Of a DNA stretch of 64,000 nt, positions 49,418 to 59,814 are shown in pieces. The stretch's first letter is position 1. Each line of letters opens with the position of its first letter. Below the pieces are notes generated by a model. That model did no database searches. It saw only the letters and a list, made by a program, of their open reading frames with translations, and was not told where the DNA came from. Position numbers and translations under genes: made by a program. The stretch lies in assembly GCA_030704615.1 (NCBI GenBank), contig CM060734.1, positions 18,290,001-18,354,000 on the forward strand, given 5' to 3'. The stretch is from Takakia lepidozioides (lineage: Eukaryota; Plantae; Bryophyta).

Positions 49418-51964
49418 CTAGTAGCTGGGCCTTGCGTTTCTTGTTAGCCTTCCATGGTTGTATCCACTCCCACTATCCAATGCAATGTGGACATAACCAG
49501 CATGTGCCCACACATCCGGATCGTCAAGGTTAAGAACTGTAGCAGCTTCTCTGCGAATGGATGTAGGCAAATCCGGCTCTTGGCCAAAGAGAAGAAAGTA
49601 TGGTGAGAAGGAGGCAAGTGATGCTTGCTTGCTGAACCTGTAGCCCATGGCTAACCAGGGTAACTGAAGGTCCCAATCTCCTAGGTGTCCCCTCTGCAAG
49701 CCATACTTGCGCAAACCCCTCTTGACTGTCTGAACAACTCTCTCTGCCAAGCCATCGGCCTCAGGATGATCCTGAGAAGTGGTGCGGTGGTCTATCAAGG
49801 CCTTGTCACACAAAGCCTGAAACTCCCCCAAGAACTCTCTCCCTTGGTCCGTGAGTACCTCAGCTGGAGCACCGAATCGGCTAAGCACACAATCCAGGAA
49901 TGCATACGCAGCTCCCTCACTAGCCTTATCAGGCAATGGAACCAATTCAATCCACTTGGAGAAGTGCTCCACCATCACTAACACGTACTTGTTGTGGCGC
50001 ATGGTCAGTGGCAACGGCCCTACAAAGTCAAGACTCCACCTGTAGCCCAATCCCATGATCGGAAGAGGGTGCAATTGTGGAGTAGGGGCGTTGAATGAAG
50101 CACGCACCCTGTCACACACCATGCACCTAGCCACAAATTGTTGCACCTCTGTGTGCATACCACGCCACCAATACTGCCCCTGCAGTAGACTATGGGTGCG
50201 TCGCACCCCAAAATGCCCCAACTCCTCATGGGCATGCCGCACTAACCGTGCCCGCTGTGTTGGGTGAGGCACAATCCTCACTCGACCATCCTCCCACACT
50301 CGGAGCAGGTGTGTCCCCTCCCACCTGAACCTCTTGGCTTGTTGTAGGATCCGATCCCTCTCCTTGGCAGTCACAGTGGCTGCCGTGTCTCCAGTGCGGA
50401 GGTAGTCCAACACAACTGAATCCTCATGTATATCTTTGGCGCCACCTTGCTCATTGTTGGCCTCAGGGTCCTCAGACACTTGATCTACAGTCATCCCTGT
50501 TGCAGGTCCAACCTGGCCTTCCGCTGCCAAGATACACAGAAATGCAGATGCATGCCATCCGGGCACCATCTCCTCGTCCGTCTCACCATGCCACCGAGCT
50601 CCAGTGTCATCCTGTTGGCTCGTGCATGGATTGCGACTCAACCCATCTGCATTGCGATTGACCAAACCCGGTCGATGCACCACCTGAAAGTCATACTCTT
50701 GAAGGATGAGTGCCCACCGTGCAAGCTTCCCCGTAAGCTTGTCTGACTCCATCAACCACTTGAGTGGTTGGTGATCCGTGACAAGGGTGAAGAGATTGCC
50801 GTATAGATAGCACCTGAAGTGTGCCACGGCCCACACTGCAGCTAAGCATTCTCCCTCATATGAGCTATACTTAGACTCTGCAACATTGTTCGAGCGGCTA
50901 GCATAAGCCACTACGAACTCGCTTCCCTCATCATCCACCTGTGTGAGCACCGCTCCAAGCCCCAGCATGCTCCAATCTGTATGCAGCTGAAAAGGACGCC
51001 CCCTGATAGGTCGTCTCAAGATGGGCGCCGAGGTCAACCTCGCCTTGAGCTCTTGAAAAGCTTGTTCTTGCTCATCTTCCCACTGCCACTCCTGGTCCAC
51101 CTTGGTCAGCTTGGTTAGAGCCTTTGCAATGGCACTAAATCCCTTAACAAATCGTCTGTAATAGTTTGCTAACCCCATGAAAGCTCGAACTCGGCTCACA
51201 TCCGTGGGGCGTGGAACCTGTGCAATGGACTCTACCTTAGTCTGCTGTACCCCCAATCCTCCAGGATATATCATGTGACCCAGATACTCAATCTGGTTGT
51301 GGAAAAACTTGCACTTTCCCGGATGTAACTTCAATCCGTGCGTCCTCAAGCGCTCAAATACCCCCTGAAGGTGTCTCTCATGCTCCTCCACCGTAGCACT
51401 AAAGATGATGATGTCATCTATGTAGCACCGAGCAAACTCCACCCCTGCTAGAATCATGTCCATGACTCTTTGAAACTTAGCGGGAGCGTTTTTAAGCCCA
51501 AATGGTAAGAACCGCCACTGGTATAGGCAATCCTTCCCGTGCTCATTGATCCCCCAGAATGCCGTCTTTTGCTTATCCGCCTCCTTGATCGGCAACTGGT
51601 GATATCCGGATCGTAAATCCAACGTGCTAAAGACCTGGGAATGCCCAATGGCATCAAAGATCTCCTCTGGTGTCGGCATGGCATACCTATCGGACTTGGT
51701 CTGACGATTTACAGGCCGGTAATCACCGCACATACGTCTCTCCGTCCAATTGCCATAGACATCCTTCTTGGCTGGCATCACTGTGGCTGAAGCATACTCT
51801 CCACCAGAGAGCTCCACCAAACCTGCCTCCCAGAGATCTTGAGTCCTCATCTGAATCAAAGACCTCTCCATGTCACTGTATCTATAGGGTCTCCGAAAGA
51901 TTGGCGTGTCAGTGGCCAACTCAATACGGATCTCTTGACCCTTCAGTGCTCCCAAGTCCTTCAA
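49418..51964 (-). CDS. pol: Pol: reverse transcriptase, RNase H, DDE integrase
   Basis: RMCGDYRPVN, LDLRSGYHQL, LPFGLKNAP, YIDD; LHTDWS, YEGECLAAVWAV, TDHQPL; HEELGH...CMVC, WSLDFVGP, LTDQG, GLAER. Confidence 0.97.
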   Translation of the reverse strand: MKDLGALKGQEIRIELATDTPIFRRPYRYSDMERSLIQMRTQDLWEAGLVELSGGEYASATVMPAKKDVYGNWTERRMCGDYRPVNRQTKSDRYAMPTPEEIFDAIGHSQVFSTLDLRSGYHQLPIKEADKQKTAFWGINEHGKDCLYQWRFLPFGLKNAPAKFQRVMDMILAGVEFARCYIDDIIIFSATVEEHERHLQGVFERLRTHGLKLHPGKCKFFHNQIEYLGHMIYPGGLGVQQTKVESIAQVPRPTDVSRVRAFMGLANYYRRFVKGFSAIAKALTKLTKVDQEWQWEDEQEQAFQELKARLTSAPILRRPIRGRPFQLHTDWSMLGLGAVLTQVDDEGSEFVVAYASRSNNVAESKYSSYEGECLAAVWAVAHFRCYLYGNLFTLVTDHQPLKWLMESDKLTGKLARWALILQEYDFQVVHRPGLVNRNADGLSRNPCTSQQDDTGARWHGETDEEMVPGWHASAFLCILAAEGQVGPATGMTVDQVSEDPEANNEQGGAKDIHEDSVVLDYLRTGDTAATVTAKERDRILQQAKRFRWEGTHLLRVWEDGRVRIVPHPTQRARLVRHAHEELGHFGVRRTHSLLQGQYWWRGMHTEVQQFVARCMVCDRVRASFNAPTPQLHPLPIMGLGYRWSLDFVGPLPLTMRHNKYVLVMVEHFSKWIELVPLPDKASEGAAYAFLDCVLSRFGAPAEVLTDQGREFLGEFQALCDKALIDHRTTSQDHPEADGLAERVVQTVKRGLRKYGLQRGHLGDWDLQLPWLAMGYRFSKQASLASFSPYFLLFGQEPDLPTSIRREAATVLNLDDPDVWAHAGYVHIALDSGSGYNHGRLTRNARPSY

Positions 51965-52419
51965 ACTGAAGGCAAAACAATTCCTGTAAGCCCTTAGGAA
52001 CCGCCGTATACGTCGTCTCTCTTCTCCGGTGACAATGGGTCCAATGTCAGGCTCCCAATTGTCCTCCGTAACTGCAACCTTAAGTCCAGTGGGCTTAGAG
52101 GTAGAGGACGCGTCCCGTGGTTGCTATGCTGCAATCTCTTGAGCAGTACTCCCTTCCTGCTCAGTCAATGACAAGGCCTCATCCTGCCCCATCATCTCAT
52201 CATTGAGAACCTCCTCATCCCGAGAAGAATCCCCAACCTCATCCATCACAGCTGCCTTGGCTGCCAACTCCCTCTGAACCTCGAGCACCTCCCACGTGTG
52301 CCATGGATGTCTACACCCCGTGGTCCTCACCGGCTCGCCCCTACTCGCTGCCTGTACCGTCTCGGTAGGCAGAGAAACCATGAAGGGGAGTGCACTCCGC
52401 ACTCTACGTTGCTCAGCCA

Positions 52420-53380
52420 TAGCCAAGCTGATAATCCAGGTCAAGCAATTGAGATCCATTGCTTGCCCCAACACCTGACGCCGTGATGCCTCAGAAAGAG
52501 AAGGCACCGCCGTGGTCCAAGTGGAAAACCCCATAGCCCACTCTCGCTCGTCGGCATTAGGCTCCATTAACTACTGCAACTGAGCATCCCACATGAGGCC
52601 AGGTCCACCATCCCGAAAAGCATGGGATCCTGGGAAGCTGAGCAGTGTAGGTAATGCTGCTCGTGGTTGACCCACCCTGTTGACCACTGCCAAAGGCGAA
52701 CGATCATCGTGTCTCACACGTTGAGACTGCCTCCCTGTGTCCAAAATGCTGTCCACTATGAGGTGTGTTGGCCGCTCCACCCCATCAAATGCACGCTTGA
52801 GCAGTGCGGGTGGCATCAAGTTAGTCCACCATAGCCGTGGACGATGAGCCCGTGATCCCACTGCAGCTGCATCCAGCAGCACTGCTGACCCAAGCCACGA
52901 CCGGACTTGATGCACACTGGCCATCACCCTGGCCCGAGAATCGCCCATCAGTGGCACATTCTCTAAGATATATACTGGCGATACAACTTGATGAAGCTGC
53001 AAGTGGCGCAAAATCCGCACCATCTCCCAAAACAGACCCGTCCTCGAGTCTCGCAATCCATTGCCATGCTCGGCTGATGAATGCCCTTGGCAGGGCCAAC
53101 CTGCCACTACCAGATCAATGGAGCCAACCCGCTCCAAATCCTGCGCCCCTAGCAACGCAATGTCTGCTGGCAAGGCCTGCTGATATCCACGAACTGCAGA
53201 CACCGGCAACAACTCAGGGTACTGCTGCAGCATCTGAGCAACATGGTACAGTGAGACGCGTCGTGCAGTCTCATCCCTCTCCACATACAGGTAACGTCGA
53301 ACTCGTACACCTGCCTGCAGCACTGCAGCCAATCCAGTGCTGATCCCGCCAAATAAGTCCAGAAGGCATATGCCTTCATC
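52420..53380 (-). CDS. DNMT3-like C5-cytosine DNA methyltransferase domain of the polyprotein (one in-frame TAG at 52571-52573)
   Basis: Motif I LLDLFGGISTG, II YVERD, IV AGWPCQ (catalytic Cys), VI LENV, VIII RAHRPRLWWTNL, IX EREWAMGF, X RRQVLGQAMDL, in linear order. Confidence 0.93.
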
Positions 53381-53491
53381 CGGCCGCTGCCACACAAGAG
53401 GTGTGGTGTCCAATGGCGACAACTGAGGTTTCCCTGGTGCAATCACCGCACTCTCCTCCTCTCCTGACGGTACAAAAGCTTCTACCCAAGC

Positions 53492-55036
53492 TTATTGCAC
53501 TCGTCTATCAGCAGCTTGCTGCAAATCCTTGCTCGTACCCCACAATGGAGTGTGAGCAACCATGGCAGGCAACTCCACCGTACCATGCATGTCATCCTGC
53601 TCTGCTGGAGGTGGCACATCCTCTGCATGGGCATTGCCTTCCAGCAACTCTCCAGGCCAACTAACTGCAGCTGTGAAGGCAGCTAGTGTTGGTATCTTGC
53701 CCCGCTGGGCAACTGCAATATCCTCAATGAATGTCACAGGGAGCTGTGCACGGCGACCATCCCCTGACTGCCATCCAGGCCTGTAGAATGCTGACTCCTC
53801 CCAGAAGTCCAGGGTGAAGCCCATGGGGTATAACACTGCCCCACCAACGAGGACATCGTAAGAGACCGCGTCTGTCACAATGGCCTTGGCTCGCATTACT
53901 GAGCCATCGATAGGATGATCCGGTTGCAGTCTAATGGCCAACTGATGCCGTGTCATGCCCCGCGCCTGCTCTGATCCTCCCAAAGATGTCTGTATCTGGA
54001 AAGGACAAGGCTCCATATCCGCCTCCATGAGGCCCAAACCTGCAATAGCAGCTCTGCCCAACATCAGTGGCTGAGCTCCCGAGTCCAACAAGACCCGCAG
54101 TGGCCGGTACTTCTTGCCTGCCGGTCCACTCAAAGAGAAAATGTCATCTTGGTTGTCTAACAAGACAACTCCAGGTGTCACCATGGCGCGCTCAAAGGCT
54201 GGCCTAGCTGGCAGTTCCGTCAACCTGGCAGCTGCAGCTTGCCAGGGCGCAGCCGTGGCAGTCTTGACCCTCAAATCCGAGGATCCCTCTGCCACTACAC
54301 CTTCCACTAACTCCGCAGAAGATGAAGTGACCTCCCCACTCTCGCAGAGTGTTGCTGCTAGTCTGAACACTGCAGCTAGTCTTACCCCCGGCGTCGCAAT
54401 CATGGTTGCCGAGAACAGTGGGGCTTGACACACAGAGGTGGCTGCCCCCAATAACACACCGGCTGCACTAGCCTTGGTAGCAGGTGTCAGTGCTGCACGT
54501 GTAGCTCTCCCCAATGACATAGAAACCTCCGCCTTGGTAACAGTCGGGCGAGAACTAGGTGCCATGGATGGCGTTGACACTGTCTCCGCCAAGATGAACG
54601 ACTGAGGCAGCCTTGCCTGACGGCTTGCCTCCCCACGTTGTGGATCCAACTCCACCTCTGCACCTCGTGGCTCAGGAACTCGTGCTGCTCCTCGAGTCAC
54701 GACTGCAGCAGACTCCACCTGCTCTAGTGGTAGTGCTGCTCCGCACATGAATCCCATGCCTCCCATATCTCCTCCCTCAGGAGCAGGAGGTGGACCATCC
54801 CGCCTGGGAGCCGGTACCGCCTGAGCTATAGCCATGGCAGCGAGCCTCTGCTCTAGCTGCTGAAGCCGATTGGCCATGCCTTGGTCAACACCCTGACCTC
54901 CGCGTCCTTGGCCATGTTGAGCTTGCCCTTGGCCTGCACCTCGTGCCCGACCACCTCGTCCTCTCTGGGTTGGTCCACCTCGCCCCCGGCCACCATTGTT
55001 CCCTTGGAAATGTCTTGGGCGCAACTCAGGATGCAA
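53492..55036 (-). CDS. Gag C-terminal RGG-rich region and aspartic protease
   Basis: RVLLDSGAQPLMLG and YDVLVG; same reading frame as DNMT and RT. Confidence 0.85.
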   Translation of the reverse strand: MHPELRPRHFQGNNGGRGRGGPTQRGRGGRARGAGQGQAQHGQGRGGQGVDQGMANRLQQLEQRLAAMAIAQAVPAPRRDGPPPAPEGGDMGGMGFMCGAALPLEQVESAAVVTRGAARVPEPRGAEVELDPQRGEASRQARLPQSFILAETVSTPSMAPSSRPTVTKAEVSMSLGRATRAALTPATKASAAGVLLGAATSVCQAPLFSATMIATPGVRLAAVFRLAATLCESGEVTSSSAELVEGVVAEGSSDLRVKTATAAPWQAAAARLTELPARPAFERAMVTPGVVLLDNQDDIFSLSGPAGKKYRPLRVLLDSGAQPLMLGRAAIAGLGLMEADMEPCPFQIQTSLGGSEQARGMTRHQLAIRLQPDHPIDGSVMRAKAIVTDAVSYDVLVGGAVLYPMGFTLDFWEESAFYRPGWQSGDGRRAQLPVTFIEDIAVAQRGKIPTLAAFTAAVSWPGELLEGNAHAEDVPPPAEQDDMHGTVELPAMVAHTPLWGTSKDLQQAADRRVQ

Positions 55037-55039
55037 GTC

Positions 55040-56295
55040 ATAACACTGGGCATCTCCATGCCCAAACTTGCCACAATGCCCTCACTGCAACTGTGCAGGC
55101 TGTGCTTGTGTCGGCCTTCTGCCACTCTCTGGGCAATCTCTCTTGACATGGGGTCCTCCACATGTCCAATATATCACCCCTGGTTGCTGTTGGCCTGCAA
55201 AAGATGCCACGGGCCTCTGCACCTGAGGTCCCCTGTAAGCTCCATGGAACTTGGGCTGGGCAACCTTGCCCCCCTGACCACGCTGTTGGGCAGTCCCTTG
55301 TGCCTGTGGGCTGACAGTTGTGCCCCGTGTAGGCATGTCCTTGCCAAATCCAATTGTAACAACTCGCTCCTCCACCATGTTGAGCTCAATCCGCTCAGCC
55401 AGCAGAAACACATCTGCTAATGTGGGTTGGGCTGCTTGTAACAGGGTTGCATCTCGCACCCTTCTCTTGAGCTCCTTGTCCAGAATTCCATACCAAAACT
55501 GGATTGCCTGAGCTTCAGTAACCCCTTGGGTCACACTTATCAAGCGCCTCATACGAGTGTACGCCTCTCGCAGGCTCTCACTGGGTTTGCGCTGGAAGTC
55601 TTGCAAACTTCGCAGCTTCTCTGTCCGTATACCTTGGTAGTTCCTCCGCAACTCCTGGAAGAACTCCACCACCGGGTTGAATCTAGGCACATGCGTTGCA
55701 GTCGTGGCAGGAGGAGTAGTAGCACCTTTTGAACTGGTACCACCTACAGAAGTACCAGCACTACTTGCTCCACTACTGGTGCTGGCAGTGGGAGCTATTG
55801 GTACTGATGCAGCTACTGGTCGCGTCGTGCCTTGAGTAATGGAGACGTAGTTAGGTGACCAATACATCCTCCACTCCTCAATCTCTGCTTCATGTCCTCG
55901 CCTGAACTCGTGGTAATTGTCCATAGGCGGGCCATGAATGGGGTGAATAGCTGTGGATTGCGCATCTGCTGCAAATCACACCAGCTGTCGAACTCCTGAA
56001 TAAAGTCATCCAACTCGATTGTGCCCACAGCTCCAGAGTACCTACGAGGCCCCTTGGTAGCTCCATACATCTCCTCCATGTCGTCCCACAACAATGGCGA
56101 ATGAAAGTGCACACCTGTTGATGAAGCCTCCGAGTCTGTGTCTGACTCTACAGTAATTGAGGGTGGCGGTGAAGGTGGTCTGAACGGAATACCTCGTCTT
56201 GTGAACCCACTCTCAGTGTTACTGCCTGTAGCTGTACTCCCCTCAAAACCCTTGGGTAACTCCGTAATGACACTCACAATGTGCACCTCCTCCAC
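55040..56295 (-). pseudogene. gag: Gag (frameshift near 55925, mutated zinc knuckles)
   Basis: YSGAVGTIELDDFIQEFDSW...FQRKPSESLREAYTRMRRL...FWYGILDKELKRRV. Knuckles read IYWTCGGPHVKRDC and Q*GHCGKFGHGDAQC. Confidence 0.85.
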
Positions 56296-56930
56296 GTGAC
56301 ACTATAAGGCTCTAGTACTAATCTAATAGTGACACGGGTGGGCACCTGTTGCAGTTTAAGGGTCATATCCCAATGGCTCAGGGCACCTGCACCTGCATCC
56401 ACCGCAAGAACTCCTATGGTTGGCTGGTCATCAACCCAGCCTCACCATAGAAGAAACACTGGTGGTCTTGCTGGTCATCACTCCAGCCTCACCACCGACA
56501 GCATACTCTAGGATTGACCGGTGATCAAATCCGGCCTAATCCCTATGAAAGCAAGCGCCCACACAAAACCAACATGGCGCACAGTCAAGCATGCAGGTGT
56601 TGGGGGGATCCAAACACAAGAAATCAAAACATCAACACCCCCACACCAAAATCCAGCAGCAACGCTGATCCTGCAGAATATCCCAGCCCAAAACCCCGGA
56701 CTGACTGGCCTCCACCAAGAGAGGCTTTGGCAACTACAAGTATAAGGTAATGAAAATAGTACAGAGATGGAGGGGAAGAATAGAAGCCCGCCCAAGCAAG
56801 ATCTAATCCTGATCTATGCTATCAACTTCCAGACTTCTCTCAAAGTGCCTCGCTCTGCTTGATGGTAAGGTGTAGGAGGTATATCTATGTCCAGAAACCT
56901 GCCACTAACCTTGTCCCAAGCTACAGTAGC

Positions 56931-57560
56931 TCACTCTAACCAACCCTCCTCCTCTTTCTGCCAGGTAGCGACAAAGCAATACTCCCCTATCTCCCGCTCA
57001 CTGAACACTAAAGAAAACAAAGGTAGGGTCTGATAGTCTCTCAAATCGAAAGCTTTGAGACGGTTGCGGGTGTCCTCATTGCGAATGACTGCATCTCCTT
57101 CACGCACAACAAACATGTCATTGCTGATGAACCCCCGCTCGTGGTTGCCCTGTGCACAGTGTATCCGGCTGCAACCGTGTCTGATTGCACAAACTTGTGT
57201 AGCTCCTGCTCCTCTGCTCCAGTACACCACGGCCTTGTGGCTGAACACCTTGGTCCCCGGGGCTGTCTTTGGCTGTGTTCCAAGCCTAGCTTTCACCCAC
57301 TTTGGTATTTCACCTACAGCTGCAGAACTGCTGGCTCCAACAGAGTTCTGACTGTCCAAGGCGATATTGAGGCCCTCAATGCCAACAGCAGTCTGTTGTC
57401 TACTGCTAATGCCTGACTCCCAGTATGCAATCAACTCATCCAACTGTTCTCCACTCAAATCAGTCTGAGTTCCTTGGGAAACATAAATCCTGTCCCCTTG
57501 TGTGCACAGGCTAAGAGAAGAGACATGCCCTTCAATTACGTCCTCATTTCCCCCAGCCAT
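56931..57560 (-). CDS. Extra ORF (209 aa) upstream of gag, unknown function
   Basis: ATG-initiated open ORF in the element's sense orientation with protein-like composition. No motif recognised. Confidence 0.55.
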   Translation of the reverse strand: MAGGNEDVIEGHVSSLSLCTQGDRIYVSQGTQTDLSGEQLDELIAYWESGISSRQQTAVGIEGLNIALDSQNSVGASSSAAVGEIPKWVKARLGTQPKTAPGTKVFSHKAVVYWSRGAGATQVCAIRHGCSRIHCAQGNHERGFISNDMFVVREGDAVIRNEDTRNRLKAFDLRDYQTLPLFSLVFSEREIGEYCFVATWQKEEEGWLE

Positions 57561-58285
57561 GCAAGGAGTACATCCATTGATTTATGTCTCATGTAGACCA
57601 CAACAGATTCTGGACACAGAATTGTGGATATTTTATAGCACACTCACACTCTAAAAATTCCACAGATTTTTAGCAGAGTCCCCAAAACAAAAACCAGGTG
57701 TAGATATGTAGATTTCCTCTTTCTGCAGCTATCCACCCAAAAACTGAGTCAAACGGAGTCCATTTGACAAAGTTATGACCAACCAGGCTCTAAATCATTT
57801 AAATTATATCAAAGTTTTTTTTTTTTTTTTTAACACCAAAACGTTCCCGCCATTAAGAACCGTTCCCAGGTTTCATTTGTGGTTACAGGTGCACCACAGA
57901 CTTGCTCGCTTAGTGAGCTGCTTTGCTCCAGCGACGACTCTCGAGCTCGGGTGTATGGCTATGGCGATGGTGATGGCCTGTGCAGCGTCAGGCATCTGTT
58001 TCCCGTGATGCAAGCACTCGAGCCATCCCTAATGCAGGGACAAGCCCTGATGATACTCTGTCAGAACCTGGTGGGCAGCTGCCATCTGCACTTGCTCTCT
58101 CTTCAGACAATCTTCGGACCTAGTGTCAAATGTGGAAGTGGTGAAGGAGCTTATTGACAAAGGCAACTGTGTTGGACTATCCACAGAGTAGAGAGTAACC
58201 AGATCAGCTTCGTCATTTAGTTGAAGCTTGGAGCATAGGTCTGCATACTCCGATAGGGCAAGGCACTATCTCAATTCAGGTAGCG

Positions 58286-58504
58286 ATCATGTTCGCTTTG
58301 ACCTCCATCAAGGGAGTGGGGCGCCGTTTCGCTAACCCGGTCTGCAAGAAGGCGGACGTCGACACCAGCAAGAGAGCTGGTGAGCTGTCGGGTGCGGAGC
58401 TGGAGAACTTGATGGTGATTGTCGCGAATCCCCGGCAGTTCAAGATACCTGACTGGTTCTTGAACAGGAAGAAGGATCACAAGGACGGACGTTATTCGCA
58501 GGTC
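58286..58504 (+). pseudogene. RPS18: Captured fragment of 40S ribosomal protein S18 (uS13), antisense within the retrotransposon leader
   Basis: [73 protein letters not shown] corresponds to about residues 26-98 of plant RPS18. Both termini are missing. Confidence 0.93.
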
Positions 58505-59452
58505 AAACTTTCTTCCAGACTGATCCAGGTCCTGTCAGTCCAAGTAAGTAACCTCTTCTAGAGGAGAACTAAAAGAGATTACGGGGAGGTAGGTTACATA
58601 TGCACACAACTGGAGCTGGAACACCTGCCCTCCTGATCCACCCCCACCATAACCTCGATAGGCAGAAGTAGCAGGGTACGGGTTTCCAATTAAGCCGTAA
58701 TTCAGCTTCGAAGATGTTCAACTAGTGAAACACACAGCAGCTAAGAAAGATGCAACTGATGAAAGCCCTGCCACTCCTCACACCTCCACGCTCCCGGCAT
58801 GCCCACCAAATGAAGACCTGGAAACAATATCGATCACCCGGCAACGTAACCCTGCAGCTTAAGCGACTGTCGACCATATAACGGCTAGCCAGTCAACGCA
58901 ACGAGCTCCGCCCTGCTCTGATCTGCCAAAGAATCTTCACCTATTCATCCTTTGCACTCCCAGGGTAAGACGAGACGAGCTAGTCCGTGGCCTGGGCTCC
59001 CTCCGCTTCAGGATTGTTGATCAAATGCAGCACCTTGGTTGTTGACCGGTCATATTCCCCGTGTCCTAGCTTGGACTCCAAGACTGCAAGAGTGCAGGTA
59101 TCAGCGTTCACCGCTTGCCAGCGCTGCTCCATGCTGCACGGTAGAGCTTCTCTATAAGCTTACTAGGGAAACAATCATCCAGCTTCAAGGATCACGCATA
59201 GGTGCCAACTAGCATTTGCTGCTGAATTTTTAAGTCTCTCCTCGTGTACTCCAAAGCCTCTGGTGACTTGGTAGCTTTAGCGACTGCAATAACAGTGGCG
59301 GCTCCGGCATCGTCATCCTCCAGGCGTTTCAGGGCACGCTGAATCTTGTGATCACATTCAATGATATGCTTCTCAAACTAAGCACTACTTACACACAGGT
59401 AATCTTGCAAGTGCTAACCCTCAACTCCTACCTTGCACTCACAGGTAAGAGA

Positions 59453-59466
59453 TCATCTCTCTCGAG
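59453..59466 (-). promoter_or_regulatory. Self-complementary primer-binding site
   Basis: Plus TCATCTCTCTCGAG abuts the 5' LTR and is the exact reverse complement of CTCGAGAGAGATGA at 59649-59662 inside the LTR. There is no TGG-starting tRNA PBS. Confidence 0.85.
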
Positions 59467-59814
59467 TGATAAACAACCAACGAACACACTGTTGACACAA
59501 AACATGAAAACCAAACCATCACTCTTAGAAATAGTAGTCGAGCCAGGGGCACCCCAAGCTGTGGGGACTCCACCCCACAACAACCTACACTCCCATCATG
59601 AGCACACTCAGTCCTAAACGATGCAGGAGCTCGGTCGCGCAGGCTCAACTCGAGAGAGATGAACCGCGCGACGGCCGCTCTCGTGAAGATAAGACGGACC
59701 AGGTGTCAAACTAAACTTGACACCTGATTTAACACTTGACCTAAATCCAAGTGTTAAATACAAATAACTAGTTTTATTCTAGCTGTTTTCACACTGTGCT
59801 TATTTAACTTGACA
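59467..59814 (-). repeat. LTR segment B, 5' copy (no A segment beyond it)
   Basis: Direct repeat of 48778-49125, followed immediately by TSD GCTG. Confidence 0.95.

Larger units (their letters stand above)
48692..59814 (-). mobile_element. Ty3/Gypsy LTR retrotransposon carrying a DNMT3-like methyltransferase, with permuted LTRs
   Basis: TG...CA termini, TSD GCTG (48688-48691 and 59815-59818), domain order gag-PR-DNMT-RT-RNaseH-INT, and terminal repeats A and B as listed. Confidence 0.95.

Noticed and set aside
58289-58561. Functional RPS18 gene
   Set aside because: Both termini are absent, no further exons were found, and it lies inside a retrotransposon.
48692-59814. DIRS/PAT/Ngaro tyrosine-recombinase element (split direct repeats plus a methylase)
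   Set aside because: It encodes an aspartic protease and an HHCC/DDE integrase, has TG...CA ends, a PPT and a TSD, and shows no recognisable YR domain. Its methylase is C5-type, not the DIRS Dam-like one.
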